A stretch of 63,861 nt of DNA, filler included, from Octopus bimaculoides (Eukaryota): assembly GCF_001194135.2 (NCBI RefSeq). It is 6 parts of 6 records of this genome, joined end to end, with 100 filler letters (N's around TTAATTAATTAA, not from the genome) between each part and the next. Parts side by side here need not be neighbours in the genome. Positions count along the whole stretch, not along the records: positions 47,223 to 60,659 come from NC_068982.1; positions 60,760 to 62,432 come from NC_068985.1; positions 62,533 to 63,861 come from NC_068987.1; 3 more parts are not named here. One strand, written 5' to 3'. This document shows, piece after piece, positions 52,075 to 63,861 of the stretch (its first letter is position 1; each line of letters starts with the position of its first letter). The translations under genes were made by a program, and so were the position numbers. A model generated the notes under the pieces. The model had not been told where the DNA came from and ran no database searches. It worked only from the letters and a program-made list of their open reading frames with translations.

Positions 52075-52670
52075 CTAGACTACCCGTGACCCGTTGGGTC
52101 ACTGACGTTTCAGGTTATAAAGCATTGAAGCTGATTTCAACATTGCATTGAAATGAAAGTTAAGTTTATAATGATTCAGTTAAATATTTCAATTCGTTCG
52201 TGTCATCATACAAAGTTTACAACTTCATGTTTAAGGCTTTATTGATTATTTACAACATCTAATAAAAATAGAACTTCCAGGAAAAACTTGAGCTCCAGTA
52301 ACAGCATTTATTTATGACATATGTGCACACTTCGACAAAAATGCAAAAGGAATTCTTATATAACGTAAACATAAAATTAATGTAAACAATTTTCACAGTA
52401 TTATATATTCCCATTTCAGGGTTATGTTACTTTCGGAATATTTTCCCATTATGCGCCGTTTTAGCTTTTCATGAAGGTACTCCAAAACACTGCGTATCTC
52501 GGGAATCCGTGGTCTGATTTACGCAATATTTGTTTTATTCCATTTGTATTCATATTTCAGGGGTTCCTTACTTTCAGAGTGTTTTCCCATTATGCGCCGG
52601 TTTGGCTATATTAAATTACAGACAAGAACGCACGCAAGCAATCACAGAGTTTTAGTAGTATATAGACAGA
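52075..52670 (-). mobile_element. Complete non-autonomous Helitron (596 bp)
   Basis: Minus strand A|TCTGTCTATATACTACTAAAA ... GTGACCC-AAC-GGGTCAC hairpin ... CTAG|T, inserted in an AT dinucleotide; two internal ~50-bp repeats. Confidence 0.85.
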
Positions 52671-52791
52671 TAAGTAGTAAAAATGAACAGAGAAACTTTA
52701 TATAAATCAAAGTAAGTAAATAATTAAATGTCCTACTAGCACGAAAATATTCGACCATTGCATATGTGTGTGCATGTGTGTGTATATAGAT

Positions 52792-52877
<86 letters not shown>

Positions 52878-52990
52878 ATGCATGTATATATGTTTGTATA
52901 TGTATGTACATATATGTGCATATTTATGTATGCATGTATATATGTCAGTATATACTTATGTATATATAAATATGTATATATATCATATAT

Positions 52991-53137
52991 AGGCGCAGGC
53001 ATGGCTGTGTGGTAAGAAGCACGCTTTCCGACCACATCGTTCCGGTTCTAGTCGGCGTGGAATCTTGGTCAAGTGTCTTCTACTATAACCTCGGGTGGAC
53101 CAAAGCCTTGTGAGTGGATCTGGTACACGGAAATTGA
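52991..53137 (+). mobile_element. SINE family A 5' half
   Basis: ggcgcaggcatggctgtgtggtaagaag...caagtgtcttctactataacctcggg..gaccaaagccttgtgagtgga. Confidence 0.85.
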
Positions 53138-53889
53138 AATAAGCTACTTTCTTATGGTGACCTCTTCACTGTTTTTGTTGGTATGGTGTAACTGTATAGA
53201 ATCTCAAATATTGGTTGGTTTGTTTATTTCTTTTGGTTCCTTCGCTTTTTTATAATGTGTTATTTCCTTTCAAAATATATTTACAAACTCCATGAATGAT
53301 GCTTTGATCAAAAACAGTGAAGAGGTCACCGTAAGAAAGTAGTATTCATTTCAGTCAGCAAACCCCCACTGTATAGCAACAGTATTTTACCCCTTTTGAG
53401 TTCAGAATTTATTGAAGATAGTCATGCCTTAAATGAAATCAAACAAAAGAATGTGCTACTCATCCTTAAAATCTGGTGAATCAACAGCAAAATAAATCCA
53501 ACACCACCACAGACACACCTCCATCCCAATATAACTAACATTCTTTCTTCTATTTTCTTTACCTTCTACTCCACCCCACCAAATACACACAGAAATACCC
53601 TAAGTCGCTTGATCTTCATACTGGTAAAAAGAGAAAAATATCGCTCCGTGGTTCATCCACTAATGCTATTTTGTCTGAGGAAATGAATCAATGATGATGA
53701 TCAACCAGCTATCCACGGATACTACGGACTACACTGTAATGATCCCAGGAATACGAATTACGATCGTAAAAGTCATGTAATTTCCGGAAACGCGTGTAGC
53801 GATGCATTAAATGTTAATAAATTTCATCCTAGGGTTCTTCTTCTTCTTCTATTATTATTATTTTTATCATTATTATTATTATTATTATT

Positions 53890-53940
<51 letters not shown>

Positions 53941-54177
53941 GCTGTTATTATTATCATTATCATATATACACACACACACACACANNNNNNNNNNNNNNNN
54001 NNNNNNNNNNNNNNNNNNNNNNNNNNNNNNNNNNNNNNNNNNNNNNNNNNNNNNNNNNNNNNNNNNNNNNNNNNNNNNNNNNNNNNNNNNNNNNNNNNNN
54101 NNNNNNNNNNNNNNNNNNNNNNNNNNNNNNNNNNNNNNNNATATATATATATATATATACATATATATAATAAATGG

Positions 54178-56461
54178 AATAGAGAATGTTCAAATCAGGT
54201 AAACCACAGTGAACACATATGTATACGGATTTAATTCAGATAGAAATTGTTCCCAAAACATATCTTGATATATTAAAAGTACATATAAAAATATAAATAT
54301 TAAAAATATATATCGACTTATAAATATATGAATATACCAACATAGTAATAATATAATGAAGTACAGGATTGTAGATAAAAACGTTTTTGTTTTTTTTAAG
54401 AAAAAATATGTAGTGAAGAGAAAATAATAGGTGTCGAAAAAATATTTTCAGTTACATATTAAAGAAAATATTCCTACGGCCGTTTCAGGGGTTCAATCCT
54501 CCGAGTAAAAAATGTAATCTTAAAATTCATTTTCAAAGAAAATCTTTAATCTCAATGTTATATTTGATACTAAGACAAAAATTGTGAATATTTTTTGGAT
54601 ATCACACTAAATTTAAACACCGAGTTATATTACCTTTACCGGAAACCATTATCAAGTATTACAAGGCGCCGTTAAACTCTAATCATCCTTAATTAACCCT
54701 CTATAGTATTATTACGGCTATCTCTATTAGGATCTCCAGCCTATCAGCAAACGAGGAGATCTTTAATGCACGTGCTCCATTTTATAATCAAGCCCTAAAA
54801 TCAAGCGGCTTTCATGATCATATTTTCTACATCCCTGATACCAGTCTCAAAATCAAATAAGCAGCTAATCTCACATCTGACATCAATCTTGAAATTACTG
54901 ACACGATTCCTTCCTTAAATTATAAAAATATAAGAAAACACTTTAACCATACCAAACTTCATAACCTTCATTTTAGTAACCGTAATAAATGTAGTCCCTC
55001 TATATCTGAGCACCCTAATGTGGTAACCCACTCTAAATCTAGAAAAAGAGAAATTATTTGGTCCCCCACCATTTTCTATCAGTATCATAAATTTACCTAA
55101 ACTGTTCTTTAAGATCCTGAAATTAAAATTTCCTAAGCACCACAAATATTATCTCATATTTAACAAACACTCTATAAAGCTATCTTTGGGATCTATAATT
55201 GCATCCATAAATAGAAGTAAACTCCAGCTTCAAATGACTAAAAGCTTAGATCACCATGAGGTACACCATGAGGTACACCATAAAGTCCAAGTAAAATCAA
55301 TAAAACAAAAAAGTAAGTAAATCTAAATCTAAACGCAATCAATCCCAACTAAGCATAGATTAACCCGATACAACTTTAATAAATGTGAGTAAAATTGAAG
55401 ATAAGAATGCAAAAACTTGTAATTATGTCTGCTCGCTGAATTTTGTTTACGAAAGAATGTAAATTATAAATGCAGTGTGTTAAATGATAAACATCAGTTA
55501 AGAGTATACATAGGAAGCACTATAGATGTTAAAAGACGATATTAAACACTTTGAAATTCCTTCAGTAAACTAAAATATAAAAACCCGACGGCACAGGTTA
55601 GATACATATATGATTTAAAATTGCAGAACATCATTTTTACATTATTTTGGTTTATTATAGATGAGCACCCCCTTACAACAGGATTATGGTCCATTGTTGA
55701 ATGTGCATAAAAGAATCATATACAATCCTCCGCCTGTGCAATCCTACCATATTAAACAAGCTTTCTGATGATACTCATTTGTGTAACCACATATATTACT
55801 CAACATTCATGAGACTTTTTAAAATCTGAACGTACTCAACAATAGCCTTACTAAGTTACGCCGCACGACTTCACACCATATTACCTATAACACGATATCG
55901 CCAATATAAATATGAATTACTAAGTAATGCAATTTTTACTCACATCAGCCCTCATATAGACTTCGATCATTTGCATAAAAATATAAATATATCTGTTCTT
56001 CCATAAAAGTTTCCAGTTACCTTATACCTTAGCAGTGAACTGAATGCATTTCTACTGTAAACATCACTTTTTCCCTGATGAAGGAGACGTTCTCTGAAAA
56101 TGAAATTTAAGATTCATTTCTTTACTCAGAGGATTGAAACGGCCGTAGGAAATTTTATTATGTAACCTAAAATATTTTTTCGACGCCTATTATTTTCTTT
56201 TCACTATATATTTTTTTCTTTTTTAAAAAACGTTTTTATCTGCAATCCTGTACTTCATTATATTATTACTATGTTTGTATATTCATATATTTATATGTCC
56301 ATATATATTTTTAACATTCATATATTTTTATATTTTTATATGTATTTTGATATGTATTTTTAATATATCAATATATGTTTTTGGGACAATTTTTATCTGA
56401 ACTAAATCCATAGACATGTGTTCACTGTGGTTTACCTGATTTGAACTTTCTTCATTCTATT
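54178..56461 (+). mobile_element. 5'-truncated Penelope-like element with inverted 5' pseudo-LTR
   Basis: RT thumb (LDITLNLNT, NSNHP, SANEEIFNARAPFYNQAL), linker (RKREIIW, FPKHHKYYLIFNK) and GIY-YIG (NVNYKCSV...VYIGST..KRRY) at 54545-55780. 54178-54540 is the reverse complement of 56085-56461. Confidence 0.92.
56070..56152 (+). ncRNA. Type I hammerhead at the start of the PLE pseudo-LTR (stem III ACGGCCGT), stem II damaged
   Basis: tttcc-CTGATGA-aggag...-GAA-ACGGCCGT-A-ggaaa. The inverted copy (54470-54494) retains the missing cccct stem II strand. Confidence 0.8.
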
Positions 56462-57756
56462 AATCATAACTGTCTAACGTCCCAGGCTCTACTTGAGCAC
56501 TTCTACACGGTCTATATCTTTCGTTAGGAATATATGTACACAAACACACACACGCACACAAACATATACATATATATATATTTATATATATATATATATA
56601 TATATNNNNNNNNNNNNNNNNNNNNNNNNNNNNNNNNNNNNNNNNNNNNNNNNNNNNNNNNNNNNNNNNNNNNNNNNNNNNNNNNNNNNNNNNNNNNNNN
56701 NNNNNNNNNNNNNNNNNNNNNNNNNNNNNNNNNNNNNNNNNNNNNNNNNNNNNNNNNNNNNNNNNNNNNNNNNNNNNNNNNNNNNNNNNNNNNNNNNNNN
56801 NNNNNNNNNNNNNNNNNNNNNNNNNNNNNNNNNNNNNNNNNNNNNNNNNNNNNNNNNNNNNNNNNNNNNNNNNNNNNNNNNNNNNNNNNNNNNNNNNNNN
56901 NNNNNNNNNNNNNNNNNNNNNNNNNNNNNNNNNNNNNNNNNNNNNNNNNNNNNNNNNNNNNNNNNNNNNNNNNNNNNNNNNNNNNNNNNNNNNNNNNNNN
57001 NNNNNNNNNNNNNNNNNNNNNNNNNNNNNNNNNNNNNNNNNNNNNNNNNNNNNNNNNNNNNNNNNNNNNNNNNNNNNNNNNNNNNNNNNNNNNNNNNNNN
57101 NNNNNNNNNNNNNNNNNNNNNNNNNNNNNNNNNNNNNNNNNNNNNNNNNNNNNNNNNNNTATGTATGTATGTATGTATGTATGTATGTATGTATGTATAT
57201 ATATATATTATATATATACACACATGTGTTTATATATGTATGCACATGTACATATATATATATATATATATGTGTGAGTGTGTATGTGTAATTATATATC
57301 TTTATTCATAAAGATATACGACAAGCTTGTATGTACCAGAGGATAAGTTTTCTTGCTTTTATCTTAGAAATATGGTATATTTAGGTATTTTATAGTCAAC
57401 ACCCAACTGCATTCGTCTTTGACAATTTTGATGTTCTCAATTTCTCGATTTGAAACCTTACAAATTCAAACTCTTTACCGTTGTAACATTTTTAGTCAGC
57501 AACGGAAGCCAAATAAATTATACGAATAATACTGAAATTGAAGATGAAAAAGCTTTAGAATATGTAGCAACATATATGTATATAGAAACATACGTATAAC
57601 TTCTTGAGTAAATGTGTGTGAGAGTCTCAATGAACGAAAGGACTCTCCAAAAAGTTAGGATGAGTGCGTGTGTGTGAGAGAGAGGGTGAGAAAGAGAGAG
57701 AGTTTGTGCTTGTATGTATGTATGTATATACATATATGTATGTATGTATGTATGCA

Positions 57757-57885
57757 TTGCCTCCCGTGCCGGTGGCACGTAAAAAGCAGCCACTTCACTT
57801 TCGGAGTGGTTGACGTTAGGTAGGGCATCCAGCTGTAGTAACTTTGCCAGATCAGATCGGAGCCTGGTGCAGCTCACTGGCATTT
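57757..57885 (+). mobile_element. SINE-like repeat fragment
   Basis: gcctcccgtgccggtggcacgtaaaaagca...cgttagg.agggcatccagctgtag resembles a widespread invertebrate SINE domain; family not assigned. Confidence 0.5.
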
Positions 57886-58098
57886 GTGTGCGCGCGTGTG
57901 CCTGTGTGCGCGTATTCACTGGACATATGATTGATTACCCTGCATATCTGTATACAGTAATGTATGCATATTTATATAGATACATTCAAGTGTATGTAAC
58001 CCCTTTTACTACTGCATGCTCCCCATTCTCGAACCTGCACACCAAGTGCGGAAATGCTTCCAATCGCTTAAATCAGACAAGGTAACTGGCTCTGACAA

Positions 58099-58177
<79 letters not shown>

Positions 58178-58839
58178 ATCTCTTCTTAGTTGCATAGTGA
58201 TCACAAGTTCTGCTGCCACAGAGCCTGCCCCACTAGAGTCCTACTTTCTGTCTCTCACAATTGGAAGTTTGGTTTAGACATGTTCGGTAAAAGCAATGTT
58301 TGTTGCTCGTATCAAATCTTCAACTGTGTCTAGCATGCACATCACCAATCAAAACATCTCGCTTTCGAGCTACACCTAGCTCTCATTTCCTGGATTGGCA
58401 CATTCCCTTCAGATAGCACCATCACATCACATTCTGATGGTACTCTTTCTGCCTCACTTTCAACCAACTCTATGTTACTCCGTGTTTTAGTTCATCCACC
58501 ATTCTATACCTTCTATGCATCAGTGATCTGCTTGTCACCAAAGCTAACAACATTCACTCTTATGCGATGATACGATCGACATTCATCCATAACTTTCCTC
58601 TACTCTGCATCATCCCTACGTAACCTAAACACTACACGATAAACTTGCATGGACTTTATAAACGGAGACCTTGAGATATGCTTCAGTGGAGCCATGTTAA
58701 TCTTGTGACACAAAATAAATTAAGCTCTGCTTATACAGAGAAAACCTCACCGAACCATACTCTCTCTAAACACGAGCCGCCCTGACAGCCGCGTCGCAGG
58801 CCAGGCTTCTCAATCATATAATATCTCTTCTGGGGAAAG

Positions 58840-59300
58840 CACATGCTTATCATTGCAAAGGGCACATCCCAAAGACCGGCTTCTTTATTCACAGCCCGAA
58901 CATTTTTCAGCCTATATAAGCTGCCAGCATTCAACAAGGCCTGAAAGAACACTACTCTCCAAATTTGAGAAAAAGCTGCTGCTACACAAAGGGACATCCT
59001 AAACCTGCATGCAACGGCCAGTCAGTGGATACATACACTCCATTCTCTTACTTAAGCGTGTTTTCTTCCCGCTCTGTCGTTTTTACTGTCTTTTGTAATG
59101 GCCCCCGTCCCACAGAACTGGTTGGTCCCTTACCTTCACCAGCCAGGCACACCGATCTACTCGTCTCTCCTCTACTCGTCACCCATGTTATGTCCAAGCC
59201 ACGCATTAGCCAATGTGTCTATATTTTTTTCTCTTCCCAGAACATCGTCTTTTAGAATTTTGTTCCTACTCATATCATATCTTTCCTAACAACAACATGC
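58840..59300 (+). mobile_element. CR1-clade LINE 3' end
   Basis: SVVFTVFCNG...LPSPARH.RSTRLSSTRHPCYVQ and FLFPEH/LEFCSYS pieces follow the CR1 tail consensus. Confidence 0.65.
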
Positions 59301-60289
59301 TTACTGGTTTGGAAAGTTATGGGTATTGTCCGATCGTCCAAAGGCAGAAATTGTATGAGAGAAAGTGTGTGTGTGTTTGTGTTTGTGTGTGGTGGGGGGT
59401 ACACTATTACGTGCGTTTGTGTGATGATGTTTCTAGGAATTGATATATGTTTGTATAAATGCAATACTGGAGAATTTATATATCTCGATTAACTCATTCA
59501 GTATATAGAATGATACTTCACCACATTTTGCTTCCCTTCCTTAGTTTATTAAACGTTAATAGAATGGTAATTAAAACTTTCCATTAATGCCATTAAAACT
59601 TTTCAACAGCGCTCGTAAAGTATTCTCGAAAACTTTCCAATAACTTTTAAACGTTTATTAATCATGATGTTGGATCAATCTATCTTCATTGAATCGGCTA
59701 ATTTTCGAAACAATGGGCAGTTTTACGGATCAGTGGTTCTAACAATTCGAAATATTAGTTCATCGGTCGTCTTCTGTTTATTCAAACACACCACGCTTCG
59801 ATCTGTTGCCAATTAATGTATTTTCCCAATGGTTAAATTGCACATTCCCTAACTGACACAATAACCAATTATCCTGAGAATTTATTCGTAATTAACATAA
59901 ACAATTTTATCTCTCAATCATTTATTCTCAACCATCCAATTTTCTAGGATTTATGTAACAGACACACTAACATTTTCTCCTAATATAGTTTTTTTGAGGG
60001 CTTTGTTTTATATTTTTATGCTGTATTGTTTGGCGTTTACAAAGAGGATGTCCATGTGCTAAATTTCTTAAGAATAGTTTGAAAATAATAGGCAATTATG
60101 CGAAGTAGTATGAAATATTTTCTTCTCCATCCTACTTCATCTTTATCTTACTCTCGTGATCTTCACTCTCTCCCTCTCACTCTCTCTTTCCCCTCTCTTT
60201 CTTTCTCTCTCTCATACACACACTATATATGTATATATACTTGGAATGGATACGTGGCGTTCAATTAAATAACATATATATATATATAT

Positions 60290-60612
60290 GTGGATACAGG
60301 ACGTCACCAACAATAAACAATATGAAATACGAAAACAAATGAATTAAATACGCAAATAACGAGAGAAAAAATGAAAAGCGTAACAAGTAATACACAGAAT
60401 AAAAGAACGACCCTTCATCAGCTGTCGGTTGTCTATCTACTCTCCATTGTTCGAAATAGATAGTATATAGACAGCTGACAACTGATGAAGGGTCGTTCTT
60501 TTGTATTCTGTGTATTGTCTTGTTTTCCATTTTTTTCTCTCGTTATTTACGTATTTAACTCATTTGGTTTCGTATTTTATGCTGTTTACTGTTGGTGACG
60601 TCCTGTACCCAT
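60290..60612. repeat. Foldback: about 145-bp inverted arms, about 35-nt spacer
   Basis: acaggacgtcaccaaca...gaacgacccttcatcag versus ctgatgaagggtcgttc...tgttggtgacgtcctgt. Confidence 0.92.
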
Positions 60613-60615
60613 ATA

Positions 60616-60659
<44 letters not shown>

Positions 60660-60872
60660 NNNNNNNNNNNNNNNNNNNNNNNNNNNNNNNNNNNNNNNNN
60701 NNNTTAATTAATTAANNNNNNNNNNNNNNNNNNNNNNNNNNNNNNNNNNNNNNNNNNNNATATATATATATGTATATATAATTTATTAATAAGGGTAGAA
60801 ATTGATATTATTCAATTAAAACCAGTGGTCCAGCATATTAAAAAGATCCCAATATTAAAATTATATTACATT

Positions 60873-61448
60873 CAAAAATAAGAGGAATGAGCAGCAAAAG
60901 TGGACTCCTATATGCTAGAAATAGATGCCGAATCATCTAACCACGAAAAATATCTTCTCAGTAAAAATTTAGCGACACAACAGACTGTAAAAGGGCAAGA
61001 CAAATGAAAAAATACTAAATACCCTTATTAATAAATTTTAAATAGTGATGTTCTCAAACCGGTAAATTAGCTGCAAAAATTTATTTCCGGACTTAGCGCG
61101 CCAGATTGAAGACATTTGAAGGGATACACTGAATGTAATTTGTAGAACTCTACAGTGCTCCCTTTCGGGTGGACGTCTTGTGTCTAGTTCTGGAAATTAT
61201 ATTTTATAAATCGACAGACTACGCTGATGATCCTGCAGATATTTACTTATGTAAATTGTAACAAGTGAAACCATGGTACGTAGGTTAATCATTTTTTTTT
61301 ATTTAGTATTTTTTAATTTGTCTTGGTCTTTTACAGTCTGTTGTGTCGCTAAATTTTTACTGAGAAGATATTTTTCGTGGTTAGATGATTCGGCATCTAT
61401 TTCTAGCATATAGGAGTCCACTTTTGCTAGTCATTACTCTTATTTTTG
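60873..61448. mobile_element. PLE-like pseudo-LTR inverted pair (149-bp arms)
   Basis: 60873-61021 is the reverse complement of 61300-61448 with few mismatches; a hammerhead lies just before the right arm. Confidence 0.88.
61219..61283 (+). ncRNA. Type I hammerhead ribozyme, core intact (stem III ACCATGGT, GUA site)
   Basis: ctacg-CTGATGA-t-cctg...atttac[ttat]gtaaat...caag-t-GAA-ACCATGGT-A-cgtag. Confidence 0.82.
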
Positions 61449-61628
61449 TATATATATATATATATATGCATATTTGCATTGTTTTACCCAATGGCCAACA
61501 TCTCTCGTGATCGAAATAGGGAGTTGGATCAGCGTCAAATGAAGTCTTTTTCTCAAGTACACAACTCCCCACCCCCAATCAGAGAATCGATATAGCGGTA
61601 GGTAAATGTATGCCCACATAATAAATGT

Positions 61629-62197
61629 AAGGATAAGAAAATTAGACAGATCATATATATATAAAGTATATTAAATACATGAAATATAAAAAATGTATAT
61701 ATATACATATATGCATATATACAAAGATCCAATTCACACAGAAAACAAATAATATAAAGAATTAAAGAAGTGGAGGAAAAGTATTAAAAATCCAACAGGT
61801 GTTTCTGGGGTACGGCTGTCCGTAGTGATGTTTGTAGATTGATTATATCCTAGGATGAGATGAGTCTCCATCTTCAGGGAAGAGATTCTACATTCGAGAT
61901 GTTAAAGGAGAGAAGTTCAAAGATCTTTGAATTTCTATCCTTTAACATCTCAAATGTAAGATCTCTTCCCCGAAGGAGGCTCGTCTCATTCTGCGACGAA
62001 ATCAATCCTCAAATATTACTACGGGCTGCCGAACCACCAGAAACAGCTGTTGGATCTGTAATACATTTCGTCCACCCCTTTATTCCACTACATTATTTGT
62101 ACTTTGTTTAACTTAGACCTTTTTATATGTATACATATATACATTTTTCGTATTTCATCAATTTAATATACTTCATATGTCTAATTTGCTTATCCCT
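61629..62197. repeat. Loopless foldback centred on TTCAAAGATCTTTGAA (61916-61931) with a hammerhead in each arm
   Basis: Arms of about 280-290 bp, diverged. Left arm minus strand: tcc-CTGAAGA-tggag...cccca-GAA-ACACCTGT-T-gga. Right arm: CCGAAGG...GAA-ACAGCTGT-T-gga. Confidence 0.85.
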
Positions 62198-62392
62198 TTC
62201 TTATCCCACGAGAACTATTAAGTGCATTCTTTAAGTTGAATATCTGGAGCTCATCTATGAAAAAAAATATATATATGCATAGCGAGAGAGAGAGCGTGAA
62301 ATAGAGAGATACAATTTGAAATTGTTTTTTGACCGGAGACTGTTGATGTTGCCTCCTGGAGTTGATTTCGGAGTAAAAGAAGAACAGAGTGT

Positions 62393-62432
<40 letters not shown>

Positions 62433-62634
62433 NNNNNNNNNNNNNNNNNNNNNNNNNNNNNNNNNNNNNNNNNNNNTTAATTAATTAANNNNNNNNNNNN
62501 NNNNNNNNNNNNNNNNNNNNNNNNNNNNNNNNTTTTACCGTTTCTAACTTGCCTACTTATATCCAATATGTTTATTATTTATTTGATCTACACCAGTTTT
62601 CAGATATTTCACCGCCTTTTTTTAAACTCTGTCT

Positions 62635-63160
62635 ATGAGCTGTATGCATGCATGCATGTATGTATGCATGTATGTATGTGTGTATGCATGCATGTATGTA
62701 TGCATGCATGTATGTATGTATCTTTGCATGTATGTATGCATGTATGTATGTATCTATGCATGTATGTATGTATGCATGTATGTATGTATGCATGTATGTA
62801 TGTATGTATGTATGTATGCATGTACGTATGTATGCATGTGTGTGTATGTATGTATGTATGTATGTATTCTAACGTGACTGAGCGCAGTTTTAAACTCAAA
62901 CAAAGGAAAAAAACAGGACAGTGTGTTTTTAATGACTTTTTCACTCGTTTGTATTGTAAATAGAATATAGATACTCAGAGACACATGGTCATACAAGCGC
63001 GTGCGCACACACACATACACACAACAAAACATACAGATAGAGAGACACACACACACACACACACATACACACACACACACAGGAAAGTAAGATATGTATA
63101 CACACAAACACACACACACACACAGACACAGAAAAGTAAGATATGTATACATACACACAA

Positions 63161-63192
<32 letters not shown>

Positions 63193-63326
63193 TTATGCGT
63201 GTGTGCATGTATGTGTGTACATGCGTGCTTGTATCCAGACATCTGATTCTTTATAAACTGTATTCTGTTTCCCTTTGAAACAATTTCTTCACTAACATTT
63301 CATACAATCACTCACACACACACACT

Positions 63327-63423
<97 letters not shown>

Positions 63424-63624
63424 AACTTTCTCTATTTTTGCAATATTTTACCAATCCGCCATACCCACGATTTTCATCATCTCTGTATCGATATATTCCA
63501 CGAACTCTCTCTCCTTCTCAATCTCTCTTTCTCTCTCTATCTTTCACTCTCTCACAATCAGTCAATCAATCGATCAATCAATCAGTCAATCAACCTATAC
63601 ATACACACACACACACACACACTC

Positions 63625-63657
<33 letters not shown>

Positions 63658-63666
63658 ATCTCTCTC

Positions 63667-63705
<39 letters not shown>

Positions 63706-63785
63706 GTCTGTCTATATACCTATCTAGCTCTCTTAACCTATCTAGTCTATCTTTCACACTCTCTCTCTCCCTATCTATCTATCTA

Positions 63786-63827
<42 letters not shown>

Positions 63828-63861
63828 CCTGTCTATCTCTATCCATCTTTCTCTCTCTCTC
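62635..63861. repeat. Compound microsatellite field (ATGT/ATGC, CA, CT, CTAT)
   Basis: Directly visible; similar tracts flank nearly every N gap in the window. Confidence 0.97.

Noticed and set aside
53740-53805. Hammerhead-like ctaca-CTGTAATGA...GAAACGCGTGTAG
   Set aside because: The core has an insertion and position 17 would be G; too decayed to call.
58200-58620. Possible minus-strand RTE endonuclease relic
   Set aside because: Only vague motif resemblance; no intact diagnostic motif.

Overview
Repeat-saturated, AT-rich animal genomic DNA, most likely octopus (inferred from the abundant tRNA-headed SINE families and extreme microsatellite density), with many N gaps. Five of the gaps are artificial 44N-TTAATTAATTAA-44N linkers. 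I could not identify any host protein-coding exon, and almost all supplied ORFs are microsatellite or N-gap artefacts. The recognisable content is decayed transposable elements: a mariner transposase relic, several RTE, CR1 and L2 LINE fragments, one R2/HERO-type RT fragment, an LTR with a tRNA-Trp primer binding site, Helitron/Helentron elements, a hAT-like MITE, at least four SINE families, and Penelope-like element (PLE) remains. The main signal is a set of long inverted repeats or foldbacks. Most carry a minimal type I hammerhead ribozyme (stem I - CTGAnGA - stem II - GAA - palindromic stem III - H - stem I'), and at least eight unrelated families use different stem III palindromes. One family joins a tRNA-like Pol III head, an (AAT)n spacer and a hammerhead-bearing tail, with a palindromic head-to-head 5' junction. 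This is a candidate Pol III hammerhead SINE mobilised by PLEs. All alignments and folds were done by eye; boundaries are approximate unless anchored to quoted motifs.
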